This document shows, piece after piece, positions 47,099-56,543 of a DNA stretch of 64,000 nucleotides. Source of the stretch: Minisyncoccota bacterium. GTDB taxonomy: Bacteria; Patescibacteriota; Minisyncoccia; Minisyncoccales; Minisyncoccaceae. The notes beneath the pieces are model-generated. The model saw only the letters and a program-made list of their open reading frames with translations. It had not been told where the DNA came from and made no database searches. A program made the translations under genes and the position numbers. Each line of letters opens with the position of its first letter. Position 1 is the stretch's first letter. The stretch is from positions 13,259 through 77,258 of the forward strand of contig JBBACM010000001.1 in assembly GCA_041657045.1 (NCBI GenBank). Direction: 5' to 3'.

Positions 47099-47808
47099 AT
47101 ATTGGTATATATGTTTTGCACATCATCATTTTCGTCCAGGGATTCAAATAACTTTTGATTTTTTTCTTTTACGTCTTCGTCGATAGAAGTATTTTCTTTT
47201 GGAACCCATTCTAAATTAGATGATTCTATTTTCAGTTTTCTTTCTTCCAGTGCTTTTTTTGTTTTTTCTAATTCTTCTAGTTTAATGTAGATATAGAGAG
47301 TGTTTTCTTGCCAGTCAATATCTTCTGCTCCGGCTTCAATTGCAATCAATTCCATTTCTTCTTTGTCTTTATTCGAAGCGTCTATTGAGATAACACCCTT
47401 TTTTTCGAACATCCATTTAATTCCTCCTTCGTTAACATACTTTCCCCCTCTTTGGGTTAGAATTAATTTTATCTCTCCTAAAGTCCTGTTTTTATTATCA
47501 GTTATGCCTTCAATTATGAAAGCGGTTCCTCCAGGTCCATAGGCTTCCATTAAAAATTCTTCATATGAAAAACCTTCCAGCTCTCCCGAACCTTTTTTAA
47601 TGGCTTTTTCAATGCTGTCAGCCGGCATATTCATTGATTTGGCTTTTTCTACGGCTGACCTTAATTTAGGGTTGAATACTATGTCAGAGCCTCCGTCCTT
47701 GGCGGCAACCGAGATTTCTTTTGAAAGCTTGGAGAAGGTTTTACTTCTCTTTGCATCTTCGGCGCCTTTTTTTATTTTAATGTTGTGGAAATGGGAATGT
47801 CCGCTCAT
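47095..47808 (-). CDS. YebC/PmpR-family transcriptional regulator
   Basis: YebC family sequence (MSGHSHFHNIK...). Confidence 0.85.
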   Translation of the reverse strand: MSGHSHFHNIKIKKGAEDAKRSKTFSKLSKEISVAAKDGGSDIVFNPKLRSAVEKAKSMNMPADSIEKAIKKGSGELEGFSYEEFLMEAYGPGGTAFIIEGITDNKNRTLGEIKLILTQRGGKYVNEGGIKWMFEKKGVISIDASNKDKEEMELIAIEAGAEDIDWQENTLYIYIKLEELEKTKKALEERKLKIESSNLEWVPKENTSIDEDVKEKNQKLFESLDENDDVQNIYTNI

Positions 47809-47884
47809 ATGTTTATTTCTTTACTATATGTTTGCATATTAGCTTAAAAAGTGAAAATATTCAATTTATATAATCTTAGTCAAG

Positions 47885-47910
47885 GAAAACCCCGCTATTT
47901 GCGGGGGCTT
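47885..47910 (-). terminator. Intrinsic terminator downstream of the FBP aldolase/phosphatase gene (minus-strand reading GCCCCCGC-aaata-GCGGGG-UUUU)
   Basis: 6-bp GC stem plus U-run on the minus strand. Confidence 0.65.
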
Positions 47911-47913
47911 TGT

Positions 47914-49026
47914 TTATTTCCTGATTTCAAATCTTTTTTCCAGCTTTTCCATTTTACTTACTATCCCGCCGTACTCCAATTCGCTGTAGGGGAGCATGGC
48001 GTTTCCAAAGAATCCTTGTCTTCTAATTTCTATGGCTTTTTTGGAAATATTATCTCTGACGTGATCCCAGAACGGATGGTCAAAGGCATCAACAGCTTCG
48101 GTTAATTTTCCGTGGTGAACACAATAAGCGGCGCAGGAAACTAAGGGAGGACCGTCAAAGAAAGAAGTGGGGCAGTTTTGCTTGACCGGCATCAATGGTC
48201 CGGTATGGCTTCCGCGCATAAAGCCGGCGACATATGGTCCGATTGGATAAGGAGAAAGAATTTCTCCGGTTGCGGGAAAAGCTCCTTGAGTTCTAACCAA
48301 TTGAATGGGGTCGTCTTTCCCTGTATATTTTCCGGCGATATTTCTTAGTCTGGTTGTGGAAACGGCAGCAGCTTTTTCTCCAGTCTCCCTCGAAACTATT
48401 TTTTCAATAACGAATCTTTCCGGGTCTCTTAAAAGTGCGGCGATATCGTAAGATTCTTCGGGAGCATTTAAAGAGATAACTCTGTCGGCTTCAACATATG
48501 CTACATCCATAATATCAAAGCGGAATCCCTTAGCCATATTAGGAGAGAGGATTAGTCCGGAACAATACATTGGGTCTGTAAAAGCGAGATAAAGGGGAAG
48601 GTTATATGCTCCCGGGTCTGTTTTGTCGGCAGCGAAGAAAAGAATCGGCTCGTTTGGCCTTTCTTCAAATTCCATTTCACAGACGGCTGGTCCAAGCCCC
48701 TTCACGTTTCCCGAGAAGGCGTCTTTTAATAAGTCTTGGCCTGCTCCGTATAGCCCCTGGTCTTTGGCCGCTTCAGTTCCGGCCTTAAAAGCGTCCCAAG
48801 CTAAATGATGAATTTCGTCGTTGTTTTCTCCCTTAGTATGGGTGCAGAGAATAGCAATATCGTCTCCCGTGTAGGTGATGCGCCAATCGATAAGCATTCC
48901 TTTGTGGTTCTGTTCAATATATTCTTTTACGGTTTTGACGACTCTTTCGCTCGGCTTAATATGTCCTCCAATACTTCCAATATCGGCCTTAATTGCTGTG
49001 ACTGTTATTTTATCTCCTTTTTCCAT
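47914..49026 (-). CDS. fbp: Fructose-1,6-bisphosphate aldolase/phosphatase (class V FBPase, archaeal type)
   Basis: N-terminal VTAIKADIGSIGGH and overall similarity to bifunctional FBPA/P. Confidence 0.75.
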   Translation of the reverse strand: MEKGDKITVTAIKADIGSIGGHIKPSERVVKTVKEYIEQNHKGMLIDWRITYTGDDIAILCTHTKGENNDEIHHLAWDAFKAGTEAAKDQGLYGAGQDLLKDAFSGNVKGLGPAVCEMEFEERPNEPILFFAADKTDPGAYNLPLYLAFTDPMYCSGLILSPNMAKGFRFDIMDVAYVEADRVISLNAPEESYDIAALLRDPERFVIEKIVSRETGEKAAAVSTTRLRNIAGKYTGKDDPIQLVRTQGAFPATGEILSPYPIGPYVAGFMRGSHTGPLMPVKQNCPTSFFDGPPLVSCAAYCVHHGKLTEAVDAFDHPFWDHVRDNISKKAIEIRRQGFFGNAMLPYSELEYGGIVSKMEKLEKRFEIRK

Positions 49027-49090
49027 ATATTTTAATTTTATTTTTATATTTTAATTATATACCTTTTTTTATAGGAGAAAAGTCAAATTA

Positions 49091-50107
49091 TTAAAAAAGC
49101 TTCTTTTGGTTTTTAGGCAAGGGGATATTTAAGTGTTCATATGCCAGCTTAGTTGCATTCCTGCCTTGAGAGGTTCTTTTTATCAAGCCAAGCTGGATTA
49201 AATACGGTTCATAGATATCAAGAATAGCATTCTTTTCTTCCGAGGTTGCGGCGGAAAGAGATTGTAGTCCGGCTGGCCCGCCTTCGAATTTGTTAATAAT
49301 TACTTCGAGTATTTTTCTATCGGCCGGTTCAAGACCCATGCCGTCGACTTCCAAAAAATCAAGAGCCTTTTTTGCAATCTCTTCGGTTATTTTTCCTTGT
49401 CCTTCTATTTCGGCAAAGTCTCTCAGCCTTTTTAAAAGTTTATTGGCTATTCTCGGAGTGCATCTTGCGCGTTTGGCTATTTCTTCTATTGCTCCTTTTT
49501 CAATTTCAATATTTAATATTTTAGCCGAACGCTTTATTATCTCTTCTATTTCTTTAACATTGTAATAATTCAATTGGAAGATTGCTCCGAACCTGCTTCT
49601 CAGTGGAGAAGAGATCAAATCTAATCTTGTTGTTGCTCCGACCAAAGTAAAGCGGGGAATTTGTATATCAATATTTTTAGCCATCGGACCTTTTCCTAAA
49701 ATCAGATTTAGCCTGAAGTCTTCCATGGCTGAGTATAGATATTCTTCGACAAACCTATTTAATCTATGGCATTCGTCGATGAAAAGAAAATCTCCTTCGT
49801 TCAAGTTTGTTAGGAGGGCGATGAGGTCTCCCGATTTTTCAATTACCGGACCTGTCGTGATTTTAATATTCGCTCCTGATTCTTTTGCAATCAAGTGAGC
49901 AAGGGTTGTTTTCCCTAAACCGGCCGGTCCGTAGAAAAGAATATGGTCCGGAGCTTCTTTTCTTTGTTTCGCCGCGTCAATCATAACTCGGAGATTTTTT
50001 TTGACCCTGTCTTGCCCGATATAATCCATCCAATCTCTGGGTCTCAGAGCAGAATTGATGAATTCCTCGTCCGGATTAGGTTGTGGGGGAAAGCTCTTGA
50101 CAGGCAT
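49091..50107 (-). CDS. ruvB: Holliday junction DNA helicase RuvB
   Basis: AAA+ GPAGLGKTTLA motif and a winged-helix C-terminus. Confidence 0.95.
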   Translation of the reverse strand: MPVKSFPPQPNPDEEFINSALRPRDWMDYIGQDRVKKNLRVMIDAAKQRKEAPDHILFYGPAGLGKTTLAHLIAKESGANIKITTGPVIEKSGDLIALLTNLNEGDFLFIDECHRLNRFVEEYLYSAMEDFRLNLILGKGPMAKNIDIQIPRFTLVGATTRLDLISSPLRSRFGAIFQLNYYNVKEIEEIIKRSAKILNIEIEKGAIEEIAKRARCTPRIANKLLKRLRDFAEIEGQGKITEEIAKKALDFLEVDGMGLEPADRKILEVIINKFEGGPAGLQSLSAATSEEKNAILDIYEPYLIQLGLIKRTSQGRNATKLAYEHLNIPLPKNQKKLF

Positions 50108-50151
50108 TTTGATGTGTGTTATGTTATTTAGGCTTCCAAAAATGAACGATT

Positions 50152-50280
50152 ATTGAACTGGGGGGAAGGAAATTTCTTTAGTTAACGGATAATTTGGCTC
50201 GCGCTGGGTTACTCCTCGGGAAATTTCTTTAGCTTAGCCCTAACGCTAACAAGGACCCCCAGTTCAGGAATCGTTTTTTT
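50152..50280 (+). ncRNA. Candidate structured element or small RNA. Terminal 11-bp inverted repeat GAACTGGGGGG / CCCCCAGTTC (50155-50165 and 50256-50265) encloses two direct repeats GGAAATTTCTTTAG(T/C)TTA(A/G)C and is followed by a T7 run.
   Basis: Read directly. Located between pilB-like and ruvB (both minus-strand) with no ORF. Function and strand are uncertain. Confidence 0.3.
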
Positions 50281-50281
50281 G

Positions 50282-51586
50282 TTACCCGACGACTCTTTTT
50301 ACTTCTTCCATTGTCGTTACTCCTTTTAATATTTTAATCAGTCCGTCTTGTTTCATCAGAGTCATTCCTTTTTTAATCGCAAGTTTTTCCATGGCCGAGG
50401 TTGAAGGGGAAGTGAGGATAAAGTCTTGCATTTCATCGTCGATGGTCATAGCTTCAAAGATTCCGATTCTGCCTTTGTATCCAGTGAAATTACAATATTC
50501 ACAACCCTTAATATTTGCTACGAGGATATCTGGTTTTAGTTCTGGCATGTCTACGCCTTGAGGAAGTTCTTCAAGGTCTTTTTTAATCTCTTCAAAAAGT
50601 TCGCTTGTGATGGGCTTCATTTCGGCGCATTTGGAGCAGACTTTTCTTACCAGTCTTTGGGCGATACAGACATTGATTGCCGGAGCGATATTTACCGCCT
50701 TTTCTCCCAAAGCTTGCAGACGGGCGATTGTTCCAGCGGCGTCATTAGTATGAAGGGTGGATAAAACGAGGTGTCCGGTTAAAGCCGCTTGAAGCGCGAT
50801 TGAAGCGGTTTCCAGATCTCTTATTTCTCCGACAAGAATAGCATCGGGGTCTTGTCTGACAATTGATTTTAGGCCGGCAGCGAAATCATACCCTTTTTTA
50901 GGATTAACCTGGGTCTGGGAAATTCCATCCAAGCGATATTCAATAGGATCTTCAATTGTAACAACTTTTATTTCAGGATTTCTTATTTTTTTTAAAAAAG
51001 CGTACAGGGTTGTTGTTTTACCAGAACCGGTAGGACCGGTGACGATAATCATACCGTTAGGTTTTTCGGCCTGGACATTAAATATTTCGTAAAGATCTTT
51101 TCTTAATCCTAAATCTTCAAGGCTGATAAGGTTTTTTGGATTAAGAACCCTCATAACAATAGTTTCTCCGTATTCGGTAGGAAGAGTCGAAACCCTGATT
51201 TCTACTTCTTCAACTTTGTCGTTTCTGTTTAATATTATGGAAAATCTGCCATCCTGTGGCTTGTCTTCAATATTCAGTTTTAATCCGGAAAGGAGTTTTA
51301 TTCTTGAAACTATACTTTGATGCTTTTGCAAATCAAAAGAAACGACTTCCTGCAAGACTCCGTCTACTCTCACTCTTAAGGTTGAGCCACTTTCGATAGC
51401 CTCAATGTGCATATCTGAACTATCAAGGATGATGGAGCCGAACATCAGCGCTTTTAAAAGGATAGAAACGTCTTTTGTTGAAAGCTCCTCCGCTTTAATT
51501 TTTAAAGAAGGAATGTTCGTTATCTCTTTTTCGAACTTTTCACTTAGCTCCTTTTCGATTTCTATTTTTTCAGTTATTGTTTCCAT
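50282..51586 (-). CDS. PilB/GspE-family type II/IV secretion ATPase (short form, no N-terminal GSPII domain)
   Basis: Walker A GPTGSGKTTT, Asp/His boxes, and the C-terminal tetracysteine CxxC...CxxC. Confidence 0.8.
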   Translation of the reverse strand: METITEKIEIEKELSEKFEKEITNIPSLKIKAEELSTKDVSILLKALMFGSIILDSSDMHIEAIESGSTLRVRVDGVLQEVVSFDLQKHQSIVSRIKLLSGLKLNIEDKPQDGRFSIILNRNDKVEEVEIRVSTLPTEYGETIVMRVLNPKNLISLEDLGLRKDLYEIFNVQAEKPNGMIIVTGPTGSGKTTTLYAFLKKIRNPEIKVVTIEDPIEYRLDGISQTQVNPKKGYDFAAGLKSIVRQDPDAILVGEIRDLETASIALQAALTGHLVLSTLHTNDAAGTIARLQALGEKAVNIAPAINVCIAQRLVRKVCSKCAEMKPITSELFEEIKKDLEELPQGVDMPELKPDILVANIKGCEYCNFTGYKGRIGIFEAMTIDDEMQDFILTSPSTSAMEKLAIKKGMTLMKQDGLIKILKGVTTMEEVKRVVG

Positions 51587-51590
51587 ATTT

Positions 51591-52670
51591 TTATTTTAAG
51601 CAAGAAAATATTTTATCTCTTGCCGTGTTTATAGATGTTTCTTCTGTTAAAAAGAGAGCGCCGTTGCCTTTGGAAACTCCTTTAAAGCTGTTTACTATTT
51701 TTTCGATTGAAGACTTATTGTCGGAATAGAAGATTCCCTTAACCGAAAGAGGAGAAGTTCTGCTCTCCCACAAAAGAAGGAAAGAGGGTATTTTAAAGAA
51801 GTTTTTAACTTTTTCTACAGTAAAGGCCAAATCTTTTGAAGTGGCATTACTGTCAATCATGTTTTTTTCAGAAAGGGCCGAGACGTATACATTTTCTTTT
51901 TCGACAAAGTTGATGTTTTTTAAAACCAATTCAAGAATTTTATTCTGCGGTCCGCTTGATTCTAAAAGACTTAAATCTCCTCCGTGTTCGAAAAGCCACT
52001 TTATAGTCGGTAGGTTTTTTTTGTTTTTAATATTTTTCGGAGAGGAGGTAAGTCCGTATAAGAGAAAGTTGGCGACATCTTTATTTAAATATTCGTTGCC
52101 CATTTGTTTTAACAGACAGGAAATCTTTTGTGATAAAGATTGTTCGTCTTCGATAAGATTATATTCGCCGTAGTTTTGATTATTCAAATCATTGTCGATA
52201 TTAACTACTGTGCAGGCATATAGCTGATCCAGGCTGTCGCTCAGCAAACCTTCGACTTCTTGGAATTCTTCAATGCCGATAGTTATTAAGATATCATAAT
52301 TAGGAGATGTATCAGACAAAAGATGTTCCATCCCCGAGATTATTTTATAGGAAAAACTTTCATTATTTACTTCTCCGTTTTTGGGAGTTAGATATAAGTC
52401 GATGCCATCGTCATTTTTCTCATAATAAACCTCGGAGACATCTTCTTTGAAAGAGATATGGAACTTTTTGTGTTCCTTATTTTTTATCAAATTAGCTATT
52501 TTTTCGGGAATTTTTTCAACGGGGAAGAAAATTCTTTTATTGGTGTTTTTAAGTGCAAAAAAAAGAGCCAAAGTCGCTCCTATGGCATCGTCGCTTGCAT
52601 TAGTTTTAGTTAAAATACCGATGTTTTTGGCATTTTCTATAATGTTTTTTAAGCCTAATATTTCCTCCAT
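51591..52670 (-). CDS. DHH/DHHA1-family phosphoesterase-like protein (NrnA-like) with a degenerate DHH motif
   Basis: Motif I-like SDDAIGATLAL. Motif III reads NIDND rather than IDHH. Confidence 0.45.
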   Translation of the reverse strand: MEEILGLKNIIENAKNIGILTKTNASDDAIGATLALFFALKNTNKRIFFPVEKIPEKIANLIKNKEHKKFHISFKEDVSEVYYEKNDDGIDLYLTPKNGEVNNESFSYKIISGMEHLLSDTSPNYDILITIGIEEFQEVEGLLSDSLDQLYACTVVNIDNDLNNQNYGEYNLIEDEQSLSQKISCLLKQMGNEYLNKDVANFLLYGLTSSPKNIKNKKNLPTIKWLFEHGGDLSLLESSGPQNKILELVLKNINFVEKENVYVSALSEKNMIDSNATSKDLAFTVEKVKNFFKIPSFLLLWESRTSPLSVKGIFYSDNKSSIEKIVNSFKGVSKGNGALFLTEETSINTARDKIFSCLK

Positions 52671-52753
52671 ATTCTTGCCTTAACCTTACTTTATTTAACA
52701 TCAAAAGTCAACCATTTCCTTTTTAGTTTAAAAATAGTATAATCTATGAATAT

Positions 52754-53194
52754 ATGGAGTATTTGACTGAAAATTCAGCAGAAACAAAAGAAGTGGGAAT
52801 TGGGCTTTCCCAACAATTAAAGCTTAAAAAAGGAGCTCTTATTTTTGGCCTTAAGGGTGATTTAGGCGCGGGCAAGACAACCTTTTTGCAAGGGTTCGCC
52901 AAAGGCCTCGGAATTAAGGATAAAATAACAAGTCCGACCTTTGTAATAATGAATAGATTCCCGATTAAAAAAGGGAAATTCAGGAACTTTTATCACCTTG
53001 ATTGTTATAGAGTAGAAAATTATAAAGAGATAGAAAATATAGGAATTAAAGAAATCATTTCCGATTCAAAAAATATAGTTTGCATCGAGTGGCCGGAGAA
53101 AATAAAAAGAATCATCCCGAAAGACGTACCCTTCATCAGGTTTGATATTCTGGAGGGCGATAAGAGAAAAATAACAATTGACTATGGAGAATAA
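52754..53194 (+). CDS. tsaE: tRNA threonylcarbamoyladenosine biosynthesis protein TsaE
   Basis: P-loop GDLGAGKTTF and TsaE family size. Confidence 0.8.
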   Translation: MEYLTENSAETKEVGIGLSQQLKLKKGALIFGLKGDLGAGKTTFLQGFAKGLGIKDKITSPTFVIMNRFPIKKGKFRNFYHLDCYRVENYKEIENIGIKEIISDSKNIVCIEWPEKIKRIIPKDVPFIRFDILEGDKRKITIDYGE

Positions 53195-54095
53195 AGAAAA
53201 TTTTGTAATTATTGACAGTAACTCGGTAATCCATCGAGCTTTCCATGCTCTGCCACCTCTTACGTCCAAGGACGGAAAAGTGGTTAATGCCGTTTACGGC
53301 TTTCTCTTGGTTTTGTTTAAACTAATTAAAGAACTTAAGCCTAAATATCTTGTGGCCTGTTTTGATTTACCGGAGCCGACGTTAAGAAAACAGGCTTTTG
53401 CCGAATACAAAGCTCACCGTAAAAAAGCTCCCGACGAATTGTATGATCAAATTCCTGTGGTTAAAGAAGTTTTAAGGAAATTCAATGTCCCTATTTTTGA
53501 AAAAGCAGGATATGAAGGGGACGATCTAATTGGAACTTTGGCTCAAAAAAGCAAGAAGAATAACATTATTGTCTCGGGAGATTTAGATAATTTACAATTA
53601 ATCAATCAAAATACTTTTGTTTATTATCTAAATAAAGGAGTGAAGAATGCTTTATTGTATGATGAAAAAGCCGTAGGAGAAAAATACGAAGGATTATCTC
53701 CCAATCAACTTGTCGACCTCAAAGGTTTACGTGGCGATGCTTCAGATAATATCCCGGGAGTAAAGGGTATTGGAGAAAAAACAGCTTTGAAATTAATAAA
53801 AGAATTCGACAGTATTGACAATTTGTATTTCAAATTAGAAAAAGGAGAAGTTAGCTTACCGCAAAAGATAAAGGAAAAACTATTTAATGACAAGGAAAAA
53901 GCTTTTTTAAGTAGGTCTTTAGGAGAGATAAAGAAAGATGTTCCTGTCGAAGTTAATCTAAAAGCCTGCGAGTGGGGAGGCTACGACGAAAAAGAGATAG
54001 TCGATATGCTTAAAGATTTCGGATTTAATAGTTTGATTAAAAATATCATTTCTGAAGAAGAAAAATTGGTTGGTCAAAACTTGAAGTTGTGGTAA
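53178..54095 (+). CDS. 5'-3' exonuclease / flap endonuclease (Pol I N-terminal-domain homolog)
   Basis: PIN-like and H3TH motifs (IDSNSVIHRAFHA, GYEGDDLIGT, LRGDASDNIPGVKGIG). Confidence 0.85.
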   Translation: MTMENKENFVIIDSNSVIHRAFHALPPLTSKDGKVVNAVYGFLLVLFKLIKELKPKYLVACFDLPEPTLRKQAFAEYKAHRKKAPDELYDQIPVVKEVLRKFNVPIFEKAGYEGDDLIGTLAQKSKKNNIIVSGDLDNLQLINQNTFVYYLNKGVKNALLYDEKAVGEKYEGLSPNQLVDLKGLRGDASDNIPGVKGIGEKTALKLIKEFDSIDNLYFKLEKGEVSLPQKIKEKLFNDKEKAFLSRSLGEIKKDVPVEVNLKACEWGGYDEKEIVDMLKDFGFNSLIKNIISEEEKLVGQNLKLW

Positions 54096-54109
54096 AGTAA
54101 AAGAAAGAA

Positions 54110-55273
54110 ATGTACGAAGAAAAAGCAAACTTCAAAGAAGGCACGGATGAAACGTTCCGCAGAGTGAGGGGGGCGCTTTTAAATGTGCTTGAAGATACTG
54201 ATGAAGCTAGAAAAGAAGCTGTCAATGAAAAAAACAAGACGATGGCTATCGTCGAAAATCTAACCGACGGAATTTTACTTTTGAATAATAAGAATGTAGT
54301 GGAAATTATTAGTCATCCTGTTGTTGATTTTTTTAAGAAAGATGAAAAAGATATCGTAGGTCAAGATATAAGAGAGCTTTTAAAAGGGGAAGATTTTAAA
54401 GCTTTGAGAGAATTATTAATGAGCGAAGAAGACAAGAATATAAAAATTGTTCACAAGCAGGAAGTTTCTGTTGCGAAGAACATGGATTTAGAGTTAACCA
54501 CTGTTTTTTTAAGCAAAGAAGGAGAGGTTTTGATAATTTTTCATGATATTACTGGAGACAAATTAGTGGAGAAAATGAAGACAGAATTCGTTTCTATCGC
54601 TGCTCACCAGCTAAGGACTCCGCTTTCGGCAATCAAATGGACATTGAGAATGGTTCTTGACGGAGACGTCGGAGAGTTAGAGGATGACCAAAAAGAACTT
54701 TTAGAAAAAACATATATTAGCAATGAGAGGATGATTAGTTTAATTAACGACCTTCTCAACATTTCGAGAATTGAAGAGGGGAAATTTTTGTATAGGCAGG
54801 AGCCGGGACAATTGGAAGATGTTGTCAAGGCAATAGTTGAAGGTTCTCAGGAATTATTAAAAATGAAGAAGATGAAATTAAGTGTGGATATTCCTAAGGA
54901 AAAGTTGCCCGATTTAAATATTGATAAAGAGAAAGTAGGGATAGCCGTACAGAATCTATTAGAAAACGCGGTTAAATATACTCCTGAGGGCGGGAGCATT
55001 CACATATCTTTGGAGAAAATAGGGAGAGAAATTATTTTTAAGATAAAGGATACGGGAGTGGGAATACCTGGTTCGGACCACAAAAGGATATTTACCAAGT
55101 TTTTTAGAGGCGATAATATTATTAAAATGGAAACTGAGGGCTCTGGTTTGGGACTTTATACTACGAAAAACATTATTGAAGCCCATCAGGGGAAAATTTG
55201 GTTTGAGTCAAAAGAAGGGGAAGGAACCACTTTCTATTTTTCCATACCCATAGATATTGACCGTTTAGTGTAA
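54110..55273 (+). CDS. Cytoplasmic sensor histidine kinase (PAS-like, HisKA, HATPase)
   Basis: H-box HQLRTPLSAI and N/G1/G2 boxes; no TM segment. Confidence 0.85.
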   Translation: MYEEKANFKEGTDETFRRVRGALLNVLEDTDEARKEAVNEKNKTMAIVENLTDGILLLNNKNVVEIISHPVVDFFKKDEKDIVGQDIRELLKGEDFKALRELLMSEEDKNIKIVHKQEVSVAKNMDLELTTVFLSKEGEVLIIFHDITGDKLVEKMKTEFVSIAAHQLRTPLSAIKWTLRMVLDGDVGELEDDQKELLEKTYISNERMISLINDLLNISRIEEGKFLYRQEPGQLEDVVKAIVEGSQELLKMKKMKLSVDIPKEKLPDLNIDKEKVGIAVQNLLENAVKYTPEGGSIHISLEKIGREIIFKIKDTGVGIPGSDHKRIFTKFFRGDNIIKMETEGSGLGLYTTKNIIEAHQGKIWFESKEGEGTTFYFSIPIDIDRLV

Positions 55274-55296
55274 TAAGTTTAAAATATAAAAAACAT

Positions 55297-55665
55297 ATGT
55301 TTAAAAAAATATTAATAATCGAAGATGATAAGTTCCTAAGGGAATTAATGAGCAAGAAACTTTTAAGTATGGGCTACGATGTAGTTTCTGCTGCTGATGG
55401 GGAAAGCGGTCTGGTTATGATCAAAGAATCAAAGCCTGACGTTGTTCTTCTGGACTTGATACTTCCTGGGATTAACGGATTCGAGGTTTTAGAAATGGCT
55501 AAGAAAGATCCTGAAACTGCTAACGTGCCGATTGTTATTCTTTCCAACCTGGGGCAAGGAGAAGATATCGAAAAAGGGCTGAAGCTTGGCGCTAAAGATT
55601 TTTTAGTCAAAGCTCATTTTACTCCTCAGGAAATTATTAATAAACTTAAAATTATTTTAGACTAA
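55297..55665 (+). CDS. Single-domain response regulator (CheY-like receiver)
   Basis: Receiver Asp (DVVLLDLILPG) and a conserved Lys. Confidence 0.85.
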   Translation: MFKKILIIEDDKFLRELMSKKLLSMGYDVVSAADGESGLVMIKESKPDVVLLDLILPGINGFEVLEMAKKDPETANVPIVILSNLGQGEDIEKGLKLGAKDFLVKAHFTPQEIINKLKIILD

Positions 55666-56543
55666 TGCCCGAGCTTCCTGAAGTAGAAACAATAGTCAGA
55701 GATTTAGACAGAGAAGTCCGCAACAGGACTTTTCTTGACATTTGGACCGATGCCAGGAATTTGATAAAAAGAGATACCTTTGAAAGTTTTAAGAAAAAAC
55801 TTATCGGGAAAAAGATATTAAGAGTAAGAAGAAGAGCTAAAAATATTTTAATAGATTTATCAGAAGGTTACGTTCTTTTAATCCATCAAAAAATGACAGG
55901 ACACCTTCTTTTGGGGAAATGGAAGTTTGAAAAAGAAAAATGGGTTGCGGAAAAAGAAGGACCGCTTTCTCTCGACCCCATGAACAGATTTCTTCATGTA
56001 GTTTTTCTTTTAGATGATAAAAGACAGTTGGCCTTGTCTGACGCCAGAAAGTTTGCAAAAATTGAGTTGTGGGAAAAAGAAGAATTGGGAAAGTCGGAAG
56101 AATTTTTGAGGATCGGTCCCGAGCCGCTGGAAGAAGATTTTACTTTTGAAAAATTTGAAAAGCTATTCGAAAAGAAGAGGGGGAAGATAAAGCAAGTTTT
56201 GATGGACCAGAGCATTATTGCCGGCATAGGTAACATTTATGCTTCGGAAATTCTTTTTGAGTCGAAAATTCATCCTGAAGACGATGTTTCCAAATTAACA
56301 AAAGAAGATTTGAAAAAAATATATAAGGCGATGAGAAGAATCCTTGAGAAATCAATTGAGCTCAGGGGAGACAGTTTTTCAGATTTTCGCACTATCTATG
56401 GAGAAAAAGGGAGGACTCAAGAAATTGTCAGGGTCTATCAAAAAGAAGGGGAAAAATGTTATCATTGTAGCGGAGTAGTTAAAAGAATAGTTCAAGGGCA
56501 GAGAAGTTCTTTCTTTTGTCCCAAATGTCAGGTAAAAAAATGA
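55665..56543 (+). CDS. mutM: Formamidopyrimidine-DNA glycosylase
   Basis: N-terminal MPELPEVE and a C-terminal zinc finger (CYHC...CPKC). Confidence 0.9.
   Translation: MPELPEVETIVRDLDREVRNRTFLDIWTDARNLIKRDTFESFKKKLIGKKILRVRRRAKNILIDLSEGYVLLIHQKMTGHLLLGKWKFEKEKWVAEKEGPLSLDPMNRFLHVVFLLDDKRQLALSDARKFAKIELWEKEELGKSEEFLRIGPEPLEEDFTFEKFEKLFEKKRGKIKQVLMDQSIIAGIGNIYASEILFESKIHPEDDVSKLTKEDLKKIYKAMRRILEKSIELRGDSFSDFRTIYGEKGRTQEIVRVYQKEGEKCYHCSGVVKRIVQGQRSSFFCPKCQVKK

Noticed and set aside
50152-50280. SRP (4.5S) RNA
   Set aside because: The GGGGG...CCCCC terminal pairing is suggestive, but the conserved domain IV motifs (AGGUCAGG / GGAAGCAGCC with a GNRA loop) are absent. Kept only as a generic structured-element candidate.
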